51,359 nucleotides of DNA from the IMG/VR virus record IMGVR_UViG_3300037722_000191, positions 1 to 51,359 of that record; one strand, given 5' to 3'. Every line of letters begins with the position of its first letter. The stretch's first letter is position 1. A model generated the notes under the pieces. The model had not been told where the DNA came from. It was given only the letters and a program-made list of their open reading frames with translations, and ran no database searches. Origin of the DNA: a virus. Its lineage: Duplodnaviria; Caudoviricetes. Shown here one piece after another: positions 8,749 to 17,007 of the stretch. A program made the position numbers and the translations under genes.

Positions 8749-9441
8749 TCAGCCCGTAACCGTTTCGCGGCGCATCGCATCGATGCACGGTGCGTCGGCG
8801 CTGCAAAAAACTTCGGCAAACATGGCTTTTTGGGCGGCCCGTGCGGCGTCCCATGCGGCGTCCCGTGTGGCGCCCCGTGTGGCGCCCCGTGTGGCGCCCC
8901 ATGCGGCGGCCCGTGCGGCGCCCCATGCGGCGGCCCGTGCGGCGTCCCATGCGGCGTCCCGTGTGGCGCCCCATGCGGCGGCCCGTGTGGCGCCCCGTGT
9001 GGCGCCCCGTGTGGCGCCCCATGCGGCGGCCCGTGCGGCGCCCCATGCGGCGGCCCGTGCGGCGTCCCATGCGGCGGCCAGATCTATGTCCGTCGCCTCG
9101 CCGTTCGCGTGCCGCTCGGCCACGTCCAGCGCGGCCAGGCTGCGCGGATCGGTCATCAGGTGCTGTACCTGGCGGGCGCACCACACCGCATACAGCCGCT
9201 CCGCACGAACCATCGCGGGCGTCTGCTCGCACGCCCGCAGCGCCCACAGCGCGTCGTCCAGGCCGTTCGATTCGAGGATCGTGGCGATCTGGATCGGCTC
9301 TTTGTACGCGATCCGGATGTAGGTCTCGCGCGCCTGGTCGTCGCCAGTAAAGGGCTTGCCCTGCAGGGCGCGGACCAGCTTGTTGTAGCCGTCGATGCAG
9401 GCGCCTTCCGTGCGCAGCGCCTTCAGTGTGGTGGTGATCAC
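8749..9441 (-). CDS. Phage protein with AAWDAA/AARAAA tetrapeptide repeats
   Basis: TTTL..LR...AC..GY.KL...L...I..ILESNGLDDALWALRA N-terminal domain plus repeat tract. Confidence 0.8.
   Translation of the reverse strand: MITTTLKALRTEGACIDGYNKLVRALQGKPFTGDDQARETYIRIAYKEPIQIATILESNGLDDALWALRACEQTPAMVRAERLYAVWCARQVQHLMTDPRSLAALDVAERHANGEATDIDLAAAWDAARAAAWGAARAAAWGATRGATRGATRAAAWGATRDAAWDAARAAAWGAARAAAWGATRGATRGATRDAAWDAARAAQKAMFAEVFCSADAPCIDAMRRETVTG
8833..9078. repeat. 12-bp coding tandem repeat, about 20 units
   Basis: Units such as GGCGCCCCGTGT / GGCGGCCCGTGC / GGCGTCCCATGC. Confidence 0.9.
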
Positions 9442-9689
9442 GTGCTATCTCCCTCGTGTGTTGTCTGGTCCCGGTCCCAGCTTCGGCAGTGGCTGCCACC
9501 GCGATCAGCCCGCGGCATGCGGGTGCAGGCGTTTGTGGCGGCCTGCCAGCGCAACAGCGCTTTAGGTGCGCTGCCGACCGTATGGCGTGGGTGCCGCGCG
9601 CTCTACCAGCCCGGAGCGATGGCACTCCGGAAGCGTGTCGGTCCAGATGAAACATCTGGCGCGGAACTCCGTCAGGCTTTCGCCTTCAC

Positions 9690-9770
9690 CCACACGAAGG
9701 ACGGCTGCACCGTCTTGGCTTCAAGCTCTGCGTTACGGGCGCACGCCCCGCACAGCCATCCTTCGTGTGG
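9690..9770 (-). other. 18-bp long-range RNA helix in the leftward transcript (RNase III-type site candidate)
   Basis: CCACACGAAGGACGGCTG / CAGCCATCCTTCGTGTGG; the single mismatch becomes G-U only on the minus strand. Confidence 0.55.
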
Positions 9771-9811
9771 CGACTCCTTACGGGAGCCAGTCGTCGTTCT
9801 TTGCTCGGGGG

Positions 9812-10009
9812 TCAGAGCGTCGTCGGTTGCGCCGCGCGCTTGGCGGCCTTGGCCTCTGCGCGCTCACGGGCGCGGCGCTCCGTGCGGGTCTCGTAGTGGT
9901 CGGTGCTGAGCATGCCCTGGCGCGGCTCTTCCGGGACGGGCTCCATGATCTTCCGGAGCATCTCGGAGGCGTCCAGGTGGTCAGCCATTGCGCGGTTGAT
10001 CTCTTGCAT
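9812..10009 (-). CDS. Hypothetical protein
   Basis: AGGAG SD; operon position. Confidence 0.6.
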   Translation of the reverse strand: MQEINRAMADHLDASEMLRKIMEPVPEEPRQGMLSTDHYETRTERRARERAEAKAAKRAAQPTTL

Positions 10010-10019
10010 GTCGTTCTCC

Positions 10020-10247
10020 TCAGAACGTGGTGGGTTGGGCCACGCCGCGGGTCAGCGCCATCAGGCCGGTTTGCAGGTCGGTTGCGCCGATGCTCACCCA
10101 CCTCTGGTCCAACCCCTCGGTTGCGCGGAGCTTCGTCACCAGTTCGCCGAGCTGCACGCCGTGCGCCTTGATCTCGTTCATCAGCACCGCCTCGGCTTCG
10201 TTGAGTTGCCGGTAGCCGGTGATCTTGGGTTGCGTAAAGGTTTCCAT
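10020..10247 (-). CDS. acb2: Anti-CBASS Acb2-family cyclic nucleotide sponge
   Basis: KITGYRQL.E.E...MN.IK..G...RW.SIG.TDLQTG.MAL.R.VAQP..F matches the recalled Acb2 consensus. Confidence 0.8.
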   Translation of the reverse strand: METFTQPKITGYRQLNEAEAVLMNEIKAHGVQLGELVTKLRATEGLDQRWVSIGATDLQTGLMALTRGVAQPTTF

Positions 10248-10438
10248 TTCATGTCCTTGTTCGTTGTCGTGTCGTCGGTTGCCACCATCCGCCGCTCGCC
10301 TATCGAGCCGTCACCCGTCGCCGGGCTGGTGTCGCGGTGCTCTCGGTCCCTGCCAGTTCCGCCGCCGATTCAGCGGGAGGTTCCGGTCATTTGCCCCTGA
10401 CCGGCGCCCGGGTGGGACGGGCGGTATGCGGGGGTGTG

Positions 10439-10597
10439 TTAGGGAACCTGCAGTGCCAGCGTGAAGGGGCTCGTCAGGTCGAGGCTCAACAGGCCCGCCA
10501 CCGCGACGATGCCGATGACGAACACGGCGAGGACGACCCAGGCCAGCACGTTGCTGGAGCGCTGCCGGTATTCCAGTTGCTTGGTGACGTAGCTCAT
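10439..10597 (-). CDS. Small single-pass membrane protein
   Basis: MSYVTKQLEYRQRSSNVLAWVVLAVFVIGIVAVAGLL...; AGGAG SD; below ORF-track cutoff. Confidence 0.6.
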   Translation of the reverse strand: MSYVTKQLEYRQRSSNVLAWVVLAVFVIGIVAVAGLLSLDLTSPFTLALQVP

Positions 10598-10606
10598 GGT
10601 CATCTC

Positions 10607-10726
10607 CTAGTGCGACTTCGGGGCGGCGGCCAGCGCGGCGGCGAGACTGCCGTGATACAGGATCGACATCGCGGCCAGGTAGGCGGCGATGCTCTGGTCC
10701 TTCGGGTGCGGGGCTTGGATCTGCAT
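10607..10726 (-). CDS. Small hypothetical protein, first gene after pL
   Basis: GAGG SD; 39 aa. Confidence 0.45.
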   Translation of the reverse strand: MQIQAPHPKDQSIAAYLAAMSILYHGSLAAALAAAPKSH

Positions 10727-10773
10727 GGCGGCGTCCTCTTTTCGCGGCTCCGGTGTCACACCGGCATGACTGA

Positions 10774-10824
10774 ATGATACCGGAACCCCGAAGGAAAGCA
10801 ACAGTTATTTTCGGTACTCCGGTA
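10774..10824 (-). promoter_or_regulatory. pL promoter with two operators
   Basis: TTGCTT-16-TATCAT on minus strand; two TTCGGN4CCGGTA boxes in inverted arrangement. Confidence 0.7.
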
Positions 10825-10836
10825 ATCGTAGGCAAC

Positions 10837-10857
10837 AAAAAGCCCGCCGAAGCGGGC
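10837..10857 (-). terminator. Intrinsic terminator of the cI transcript
   Basis: GCCCGC-TTCG-GCGGGC followed by T-run on minus strand. Confidence 0.8.
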
Positions 10858-10876
10858 GCTTGTGCGCGAGACCGGG

Positions 10877-11035
10877 TTACGCGGCTAACGTTTGTCGTAG
10901 CTCGCTGGCCGGGCATTCCTTGGAGGCGGGCCGACCGCACGGGGCGAACTGCTCGGCGGCGGGGTGGGGTTCGTCGGCCTTGGCGCCTGCTGCCAAGATG
11001 CGCTGCATGATGGATTCGAGGTCTTCGGTCTGCAT
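10877..11035 (-). CDS. Small hypothetical protein downstream of cI
   Basis: 52-aa ORF MQTEDLESIMQRILAAG..; TATTAT 7 nt upstream of ATG (leaderless candidate). Confidence 0.45.
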   Translation of the reverse strand: MQTEDLESIMQRILAAGAKADEPHPAAEQFAPCGRPASKECPASELRQTLAA

Positions 11036-11120
11036 GCGACAAATAATACAGGCAAGACGACGCCGCCTGTCTAGACGAAAGTCATAGAAACACCGCTAAA
11101 TATTTTTGCTGCGCCGTGAC

Positions 11121-11585
11121 TTATTGCCGCTGCTTGAATGCAACAAATGTGATCCAGCGATCCAGAAAGCGCCGCATCTGCTCGTCGGTCGCGCCCTCGT
11201 CGTGAAACATATCGTAGAGGCGGCAGGCCAGCGCGGTGCGATCAGGGGCGGCGGCGTAATCGGGCGCCCAGGCTGCGACGACGGTGATGCACCGGTGCAT
11301 GAATTCCGCACTGAGCACACGAGGCGCTTCGGCTGGCTGGTCGCTTGGGATGTCGCGCTCCCCTTCGCCGGTCTCCAGCCAGGTCAAGCTCACACCGAGC
11401 GCGCTGGCGAACCGCGGCAGCAGGACCATCCGTACCGGGACACCGCGCTCGTAGTCGGACACCGTATTGAAAGAGCACCCGGCGAGCCGGCCCAGCTCGG
11501 GCGCCCTCATCCCTTTCTCTGTGCGGACGGCGCGAATGCGCGCGCCGATCCGTTCCCGTTCTGGCGGGCTATGCGTTGTTTTCAT
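11121..11585 (-). CDS. CI-like repressor (XRE HTH, no S24 peptidase domain)
   Basis: IGARIRAVRTEKGM...ELGRLAG.S.NTVSDYERG...ASALGVSLTWLETGEG; divergent from cro. Confidence 0.85.
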   Translation of the reverse strand: MKTTHSPPERERIGARIRAVRTEKGMRAPELGRLAGCSFNTVSDYERGVPVRMVLLPRFASALGVSLTWLETGEGERDIPSDQPAEAPRVLSAEFMHRCITVVAAWAPDYAAAPDRTALACRLYDMFHDEGATDEQMRRFLDRWITFVAFKQRQ

Positions 11586-11658
11586 TCCCGAATTCTCCCC
11601 GAGGTTTACTTCGGGGTGCCGGTTGCCTTTTCTTCGGGAGCCCGGTATTCTTGGAGGC
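11586..11658. promoter_or_regulatory. oR/pR/pRM switch region
   Basis: pR TTGCCT(11623)-17-TATTCT(11646); operators TTCGGGGTGCCGGTT (11610) and TTCGGGAGCCCGGTA (11633) share the pL box consensus. Confidence 0.75.
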
Positions 11659-11877
11659 ATGATGCGCTCAAACGTAAAACCCAATTGGCAGGCGGTCATC
11701 GGGACGCTCCGCGGTAACGGCTGGCGACAGAAAGCGATTTGCGATCGCATTGGCCTGTCGCAGGGCACGCTCGCTGACCTCGAAGCGCGGCGCCACCAGG
11801 AACCGCGCTACGCGGCCGGCGCGGCGCTCGTGGCGCTCTACCGCGAAGTGATCGGCAAAGAGCCGCCGGCCGCATGA
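11659..11877 (+). CDS. Cro-like HTH protein
   Basis: NWQAVI..L...GW.QKAI...IGLSQGTLADLE....EPRY..G.AL.ALY. Confidence 0.85.
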   Translation: MMRSNVKPNWQAVIGTLRGNGWRQKAICDRIGLSQGTLADLEARRHQEPRYAAGAALVALYREVIGKEPPAA

Positions 11878-11914
11878 CACCCCTCTCCTCCCGCTGGCCC
11901 TCTGGCCGGCTTCA

Positions 11915-11955
11915 ACGTCCCGGCCGGCTCTGGTAGCCGCGCCGGGCGTCTTTTT
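11915..11955 (+). terminator. tR1-like terminator
   Basis: GC-rich hairpin followed by TTTTT. Confidence 0.55.
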
Positions 11956-11967
11956 ATGGGACCGCAC

Positions 11968-12222
11968 ATGGACGACCTGATTGACGACCTGACCGACGGG
12001 AAAAAGACGGGCCAGATCGGGCTGCGCTTGCCGGACGACATGGACCGCGCTTTCCGGATGGTGGCCGAAGAGGCGGGGGTGACGCCGCAGGCTCTGATGC
12101 GAGTGCTCATAGCGCAGCACCTCAAAGTGCAGCGTGACAAATATCACGCCCTCCGTTCCATTTTTGGCGACGGTGGCGCGATATCCAAGGATATCAAGGC
12201 TAGCAAGGGGACCGAGGAATGA
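11968..12222 (+). CDS. CII-position regulator, ribbon-helix-helix-like
   Basis: IGLRLPDDMDRAFRMVAEEAGVTPQALMRVLIAQHL; position after cro. Confidence 0.65.
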   Translation: MDDLIDDLTDGKKTGQIGLRLPDDMDRAFRMVAEEAGVTPQALMRVLIAQHLKVQRDKYHALRSIFGDGGAISKDIKASKGTEE

Positions 12223-12359
12223 CCGACCACGACGACGACGCCCGCGACGACGAAAGGTTTATGCACCGCGTTGCACTGCTGATGGTTGGCGCCCTGGCCG
12301 CAGCCGGCGCATCCGGGGTCGCCCTGATGACGTTCGCCGACTGGGTGGTGGCGCTATGA
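12219..12359 (+). CDS. Small membrane protein
   Basis: 46 aa, hydrophobic C-terminal half; ATGA overlaps at both ends. Confidence 0.55.
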   Translation: MTDHDDDARDDERFMHRVALLMVGALAAAGASGVALMTFADWVVAL

Positions 12360-12529
12360 CCGCGCACGTGCTGACCTTCGCCGCCTCCCTGCGCCCAGCC
12401 CGTCGGCGTGCGGCGTGCGCATCCATCACAGTGCTGGCCGAGCGCCGACGGGCCGCGGTCGCCGTGACGCTCGATCCGCTGGTCTTCGCTCGGTCGTGGC
12501 TGGATTTCTGGGCGGGGGTGCGCAAGTGA
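12356..12529 (+). CDS. Hypothetical protein
   Basis: ATGA/GTGA coupling with neighbours. Confidence 0.5.
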   Translation: MTAHVLTFAASLRPARRRAACASITVLAERRRAAVAVTLDPLVFARSWLDFWAGVRK

Positions 12530-13296
12530 AGCCGGTCGTCATCGGGAATGCGGAGCTTTGGCTAGGCGACTGCCGCGAAATCCTGCCGTCTCTGCCGAAG
12601 GTCGATGCAGTGATCACGGACCCGCCGTACAGCGAGCGCGCGCATGCAGGCCACGACACCGGCAGCCAAAGCGGACGCGATGACGCCGAGCGCAAAGACC
12701 TTGGATACAAGGCGATGACGCCAGAGGATGCCGAGTTCTTTGCTGGCGAATACGCGCGCATTTGCACCGGCTGGGTGATTTGGATGACTGACCACACGCT
12801 GGCGCCGACGATTGGCAAGGCGCTGGAAAAGCGCGGGCGCTACGTGTTTGCGCCGCTGCCGTTCTACCAGCCGGGACGATCTGTGCGCCTGTCTGGCGAC
12901 GGCCCGTCGAGCTGGACGGATTGGATTGTCTGCGCCAGGACAAAGGCGCAGATGAAGTGGGGAACGCTGCCCGGTGGGTACGTGGCCGGCCCCGGCTGGA
13001 ACGACAAGGCGCGCATGGGCGGCAAGCCGACGAAGCTCATGGAGGCCCTTGTCGCCGACTACTCGAAGCGCGGTGACGCAGTTCTTGATACGCACATGGG
13101 AGCGGGTACGACCGGGGTTGCGTGCGTGACGCTCGGTCGACGCTTTATCGGCTGCGAAATCGACCCGGAAGCGTTCGATCTTTCCTGCAAGCGCATTGAG
13201 GACGCACAGCGCGTCTCCGACATGTTCGGGCATGACGTGCGCGACGCCTACGAGATCACCGAGCAGCAAGCCGATTTACTGGAGGGCGTGCGATGA
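12526..13296 (+). CDS. DNA N6-adenine/N4-cytosine methyltransferase (beta class)
   Basis: GDCREIL...ITDPPY...KP..LM..LV...VLD.HMGAGTTGVAC...R.FIG.EID. Confidence 0.92.
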   Translation: MKPVVIGNAELWLGDCREILPSLPKVDAVITDPPYSERAHAGHDTGSQSGRDDAERKDLGYKAMTPEDAEFFAGEYARICTGWVIWMTDHTLAPTIGKALEKRGRYVFAPLPFYQPGRSVRLSGDGPSSWTDWIVCARTKAQMKWGTLPGGYVAGPGWNDKARMGGKPTKLMEALVADYSKRGDAVLDTHMGAGTTGVACVTLGRRFIGCEIDPEAFDLSCKRIEDAQRVSDMFGHDVRDAYEITEQQADLLEGVR

Positions 13297-13511
13297 GATC
13301 ACAGAACGATCGCCTGCTCGCCACGCTGCGGACCGGTGCATCCGTGACGCCGTATTACGCGCTGCACATGCTCTCGATCGGCCGTCTCGCCGCACGAATT
13401 CTTGAGCTGAGGCAGGCCGGCGAGGACATCGCCTCGGAGTGGGTCGAGGTGCAGAACGTGTATGGGGAGCCGTGCCGGGTGAAAAAGTATTTCCTGGCTC
13501 GGGCTGCGTGA
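13293..13511 (+). CDS. Small winged-HTH phage protein
   Basis: Q..RLL..L..G..VT...A.....I.RLAARI.ELR..G..I pattern. Confidence 0.75.
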   Translation: MRSQNDRLLATLRTGASVTPYYALHMLSIGRLAARILELRQAGEDIASEWVEVQNVYGEPCRVKKYFLARAA

Positions 13512-13711
13512 TGGACGCCATCGGCGTGACCCCGCTCTCGGATGCAGTCATCGCCGTGTGCGAAAAGCACTACGGGAAGATGGGGTCCGGCTGCGGGCGC
13601 TGCCCGATCCTCACCGAATGCACCGGCGGCATGCAGTGGTCGGATGAGGGGCTGCGCGAGTGGCGGGAACGGTGCAATGAGGCCGCGCTGCGGGCGGGCG
13701 AGGCCGCGTGA
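13511..13711 (+). CDS. Small Cys-rich protein
   Basis: C.RCP...C; TGATG coupling. Confidence 0.5.
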   Translation: MDAIGVTPLSDAVIAVCEKHYGKMGSGCGRCPILTECTGGMQWSDEGLREWRERCNEAALRAGEAA

Positions 13712-13890
13712 TGCTCATCCACCTCCGCGACATCCTGCACGAGCGCCTGATCGCCCAGGCGAAAGCCGCGCTGCTTGCCGCCAGGACGTTCGAGGAGCGC
13801 CGCCAGCGGGCCGCGGAGATGTGCGGGCTCATCAACAGCAGAAGTGCCGACAGGGTGGCGCAGATGGAACAACAGAAGGGGCTCGTCTGA
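13708..13890 (+). CDS. Hypothetical phage protein
   Basis: Coupled to neighbours; LI..RS...VA.ME..KGL motif. Confidence 0.6.
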   Translation: MMLIHLRDILHERLIAQAKAALLAARTFEERRQRAAEMCGLINSRSADRVAQMEQQKGLV

Positions 13891-14753
13891 TGCGCGACTA
13901 CGGCAAGGTTTCGCCGCGGTTCTGGACCGGCAAAACAGGGAAGTCGCTGCGCGGCGACCAGGAGGCGCAGCTACTAGCGCTGTACCTGATGACCAGCCCG
14001 CACGCCAACATGATCGGGGTGTTCCATTGCCCGGTGATGTACATGGCACACGAGACTGGAATGGCCATCGAAGGGGCTTCGAAGGCCCTTCGAAGGCTAG
14101 AAGAGATTGATTTTTGCACCTTCGACGCCGACGAAGAGATGGTGTGGGTGCGTGAGATGGCCGCCCACCAAGTCGGCGAGCGTTTGTCGCCCAAGGACAA
14201 GCAGGTCATCGGCATACAACGGCAGTACGAGCAGCTGCCGGAAGGCCAGATCCGGCGCGGCTTTCTGGCTCGCTACGTCGATGACTATCACCTGCCGAGG
14301 CCGATGGATCAAGAGGCCAACGACACAAGCCCCATGGAAGCCCCTTCGGAGCCCCTTGGAAGCCAGGAGCAGGAACAGGAGCAGGAACAGGAAGTAAACA
14401 ACAAGGGGGCTCGCGCCCCTGTCGCCAGCCTGCCGGCTGCCGACCCGTGTCCGCATCAGGAGATCATTGCTGCCTACCACGAGATGCTGCCGACCTGCAC
14501 GCCGGTTCGGGTATGGAACGACCAGCGGAAGGGTCTGTTGCGGCAGCGGTGGCGGGAGGAGGCAAAGCGCCAGCGGGTCGAGTGGTGGCAGAAGTTCTTT
14601 GCCTACGTCGCGCAGTCGAGGTTTCTGACTGGGCAAGCTGACTGCCAGCCTGGACGAGAACCGTTTGTGGCGGACCTTGAATGGCTGATCAAGCCGCAGA
14701 ACTTCGCCAAGGTCATCGAAGGCAAGTACCACCGCGAGGAGGCTGCGGCATGA
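13890..14753 (+). CDS. Replication initiator (O-like)
   Basis: MRDYGKVSPRFW...LALYLMTSPHANMIG; QEQEQEQE linker; C-terminal ADLEWLIKP.NF.KVIEGKY; upstream of DnaB. Confidence 0.85.
   Translation: MRDYGKVSPRFWTGKTGKSLRGDQEAQLLALYLMTSPHANMIGVFHCPVMYMAHETGMAIEGASKALRRLEEIDFCTFDADEEMVWVREMAAHQVGERLSPKDKQVIGIQRQYEQLPEGQIRRGFLARYVDDYHLPRPMDQEANDTSPMEAPSEPLGSQEQEQEQEQEVNNKGARAPVASLPAADPCPHQEIIAAYHEMLPTCTPVRVWNDQRKGLLRQRWREEAKRQRVEWWQKFFAYVAQSRFLTGQADCQPGREPFVADLEWLIKPQNFAKVIEGKYHREEAAA
14069..14364. repeat. Probable origin iterons inside the initiator gene
   Basis: 11-bp units AAGCCCCATGG/AAGCCCCTTCG/GAGCCCCTTGG at 14327-14359; inverted copies CGAAGGGGCTT etc. at 14069-14097. Confidence 0.7.
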
Positions 14754-16084
14754 GTCTCTACAGCCTCGCCGCCGAACAGACCGTCATTGGCTGCTGCCTG
14801 CAAGGCAACGTCATCGCTGACGATCTCGCCGGCCTAACACCTGGGCACTTCGCCGTCGAGTCTCACCGCGCGGCGTTTGGCGTGATCCTGGCGGAGTGGG
14901 ACAAAGGGCGCCCGCTTGATCCGGTGTCGATGGATGACCGCCTGTCCGCAACCGGCGTTACGCACGACGGGCTGGCCTACTGGGCCGAGTGCGCGGACGC
15001 CGGCTACAGCCGCGCGATGCTGCCGGCGCACATGTCGACGCTGCGGAACAAGGCTATGCGCCGGGAGATGCTGGCCGCTGCCGACCAGATCGCCCAGATG
15101 GCGCACAGCGAAGGGGACATCCGCGGGCAAGTCGCAAGCGCAGCCGGACTTCTGTCGAAAATGATCGATGGCACGGTGACGCGCGGGCCGCGCATCGTCG
15201 CCGACGTGCTGCGCGAGTACCTACCCGAGATCGGCGAACGCTGGGACGGCCGCAAGGACGGGATGATGACCGGCTTTGCGGATCTCGACGGCAAGTTGCG
15301 CGGCCTTCGGCCCGGCAACCTTGTGTTGATCGCAGCACGCCCGGCGATGGGGAAAACCTCGCTCGCCATGCAGATCGCGGCGCACGCTTCTGAATCAGGC
15401 GTCGTGGTGGCGTTCTCTCAAGAGATGGCCGACACCGAGCTTGTCGACCGCCTAATGGCCTCGCTTGGGCGCATCCCGCTTACGAGCATCATCGACGGAA
15501 AGATGAGCGAGTTCGAGCACGAGCGCTTTTCGAGCGCGATGCGCAAGGCGCGCGACCTCAGGCTCTACATCGACGACCAGCCGGCGCAGCGCATCAGCGA
15601 CATCCGCGCCAAGGTGCAGAGCATCCGACGCAAGCACGACATCTCGCTGGTGGTGGTGGATTACCTGCAGCTCATGACCGGCGACGGGGCAAACCGTAAT
15701 GCCGAGATCGAGCAGATCAGCCGCGGGCTCAAGGCGCTCGCGAAGGAGATCCAGTGCCCGGTGATCGCGCTATCCCAGCTATCTCGAGAGTGCGAGAAAC
15801 GCCCGAACAAGCGCCCGATGCTGGCCGACCTGCGCGACTCCGGCGCCATCGAGCAGGACGCGGACATCGTGATGATGATCTACCGCGACGAAGTCTATAA
15901 CCCGGACTCGCCCGACAAGGGCACCGCCGAGATCCTGATCCGCAAGAACCGGCAAGGCCAGACCGGCGACGTGCGCCTGACGTGGCTGGGCGAATTCACC
16001 TCGTTCGCCAACTGCGACTACCAGGGTTCCAGACAACAAGAAAACGCGCCGCAGCGCAAAAGGGGATTCGATGTTGATTTCTGA
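14750..16084 (+). CDS. dnaB: Replicative DnaB-like helicase
   Basis: AARPAMGKT, VVVDYLQLM, ALSQLSR, DLRDSGAIEQDAD, KNRQG. Confidence 0.96.
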   Translation: MSLYSLAAEQTVIGCCLQGNVIADDLAGLTPGHFAVESHRAAFGVILAEWDKGRPLDPVSMDDRLSATGVTHDGLAYWAECADAGYSRAMLPAHMSTLRNKAMRREMLAAADQIAQMAHSEGDIRGQVASAAGLLSKMIDGTVTRGPRIVADVLREYLPEIGERWDGRKDGMMTGFADLDGKLRGLRPGNLVLIAARPAMGKTSLAMQIAAHASESGVVVAFSQEMADTELVDRLMASLGRIPLTSIIDGKMSEFEHERFSSAMRKARDLRLYIDDQPAQRISDIRAKVQSIRRKHDISLVVVDYLQLMTGDGANRNAEIEQISRGLKALAKEIQCPVIALSQLSRECEKRPNKRPMLADLRDSGAIEQDADIVMMIYRDEVYNPDSPDKGTAEILIRKNRQGQTGDVRLTWLGEFTSFANCDYQGSRQQENAPQRKRGFDVDF

Positions 16085-16268
16085 CGATCACCGCCATGCC
16101 TGTGAAGTCCGCTGGTGCGTGCGCAACTTTTGGCCGTCCGGCGACCGCATGGCCGCACAGATCGCGCTCGTCGAGCGTCGCCGCGGCAAGGCGGCCGCCA
16201 ATCGACTGCGGGCCGATGTGCGCGAAGCCTGGCGCGCGGAGATGGCTGCGGCACGGGAGGCGGCGTGA
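16071..16268 (+). CDS. Small phage protein
   Basis: RH.CEVRW...VE.RRG..AA..L..D...W motif typical downstream of phage replication genes. Confidence 0.6.
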   Translation: MLISDDHRHACEVRWCVRNFWPSGDRMAAQIALVERRRGKAAANRLRADVREAWRAEMAAAREAA

Positions 16269-16810
16269 TGAAGGCAGCTTACGCAGACCCGCCCTACCTC
16301 GGATGCGGCCAGAAGCACTACGGCGACCGGCACGAGGCGGCAGCGGAGTACGACACGCCAGAAGCGCACCAGCGGCTGATAGAGCGCCTGTGCGACGAAT
16401 TCGATACGTGGGCACTGAGCCTGCACGAGCCGAGCCTGCGCACGATTCTGGCGATGTGCCCGGATGACGTGAGAGTGGCGGCATGGGTGAAGCCGTTTGC
16501 GGCCTTCAAGGCAAACGTGACGCGGGCCTGGACGTGGGAGCCGGTGATCTTCCGGTTTGCACGGAATCGCACGCGGGAGCAGGACACATGGCGGGATTTC
16601 GTCGCCGAGCCGATAGCGATGCGTCGCGGGTTCCCCGGAGCCAAACCGGACAAGTTTTGTTTTTGGGTTTTCGAGGGCTTGAACCTCACCCCAGAAGATG
16701 AGTTCCACGACATTTTCCCTGGCAGCGGTGCCGTGGGCGATGCGTGGGGCAAATGGTGTGCGGCGCAACAAACACCAGAACAGTTTGCGCTTTCAATAGG
16801 GGCCGCATGA
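16268..16810 (+). CDS. Compact DNA methyltransferase-like protein
   Basis: YADPPY at N-terminus; KP..F..W...DIFPGSG SAM-binding motif near C-terminus. Confidence 0.75.
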   Translation: MKAAYADPPYLGCGQKHYGDRHEAAAEYDTPEAHQRLIERLCDEFDTWALSLHEPSLRTILAMCPDDVRVAAWVKPFAAFKANVTRAWTWEPVIFRFARNRTREQDTWRDFVAEPIAMRRGFPGAKPDKFCFWVFEGLNLTPEDEFHDIFPGSGAVGDAWGKWCAAQQTPEQFALSIGAA

Positions 16811-17007
16811 GCAAGCTCATCATCCAAAACGACTCGTCACACAGCGACGCGCAGGCGCTGCAGTACGTGATGACGGTCATCCGCCAGGGGCGGGTCAGCG
16901 ATGAGGGCCGCGCGTACAACGATGCGCGCTTCGTCGATGGCGTCGTCGTCGCGTCCATGCGGAATGCGCAGTCCGACCGGTTCGTTGTGCGGGACGGTGC
17001 GGCGTGA
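16807..17007 (+). CDS. Hypothetical protein
   Basis: ATGA/GTGA coupling. Confidence 0.6.
   Translation: MSKLIIQNDSSHSDAQALQYVMTVIRQGRVSDEGRAYNDARFVDGVVVASMRNAQSDRFVVRDGAA

Noticed and set aside
8833-9078. CRISPR array
   Set aside because: Contiguous 12-bp units without spacers, in frame within a CDS
8419-9909. Long opposite-strand ORFs (e.g. 8419-9909, 29177-30466, 38126-39511, 49967-50950)
   Set aside because: Shadow ORFs of GC-rich or repetitive genes on the other strand; no motifs or SD support
10870-10895. attC remnant (GTTACGC...GGCTAAC)
   Set aside because: No L boxes or hairpin; explained by the end of the small ORF 10877-11035
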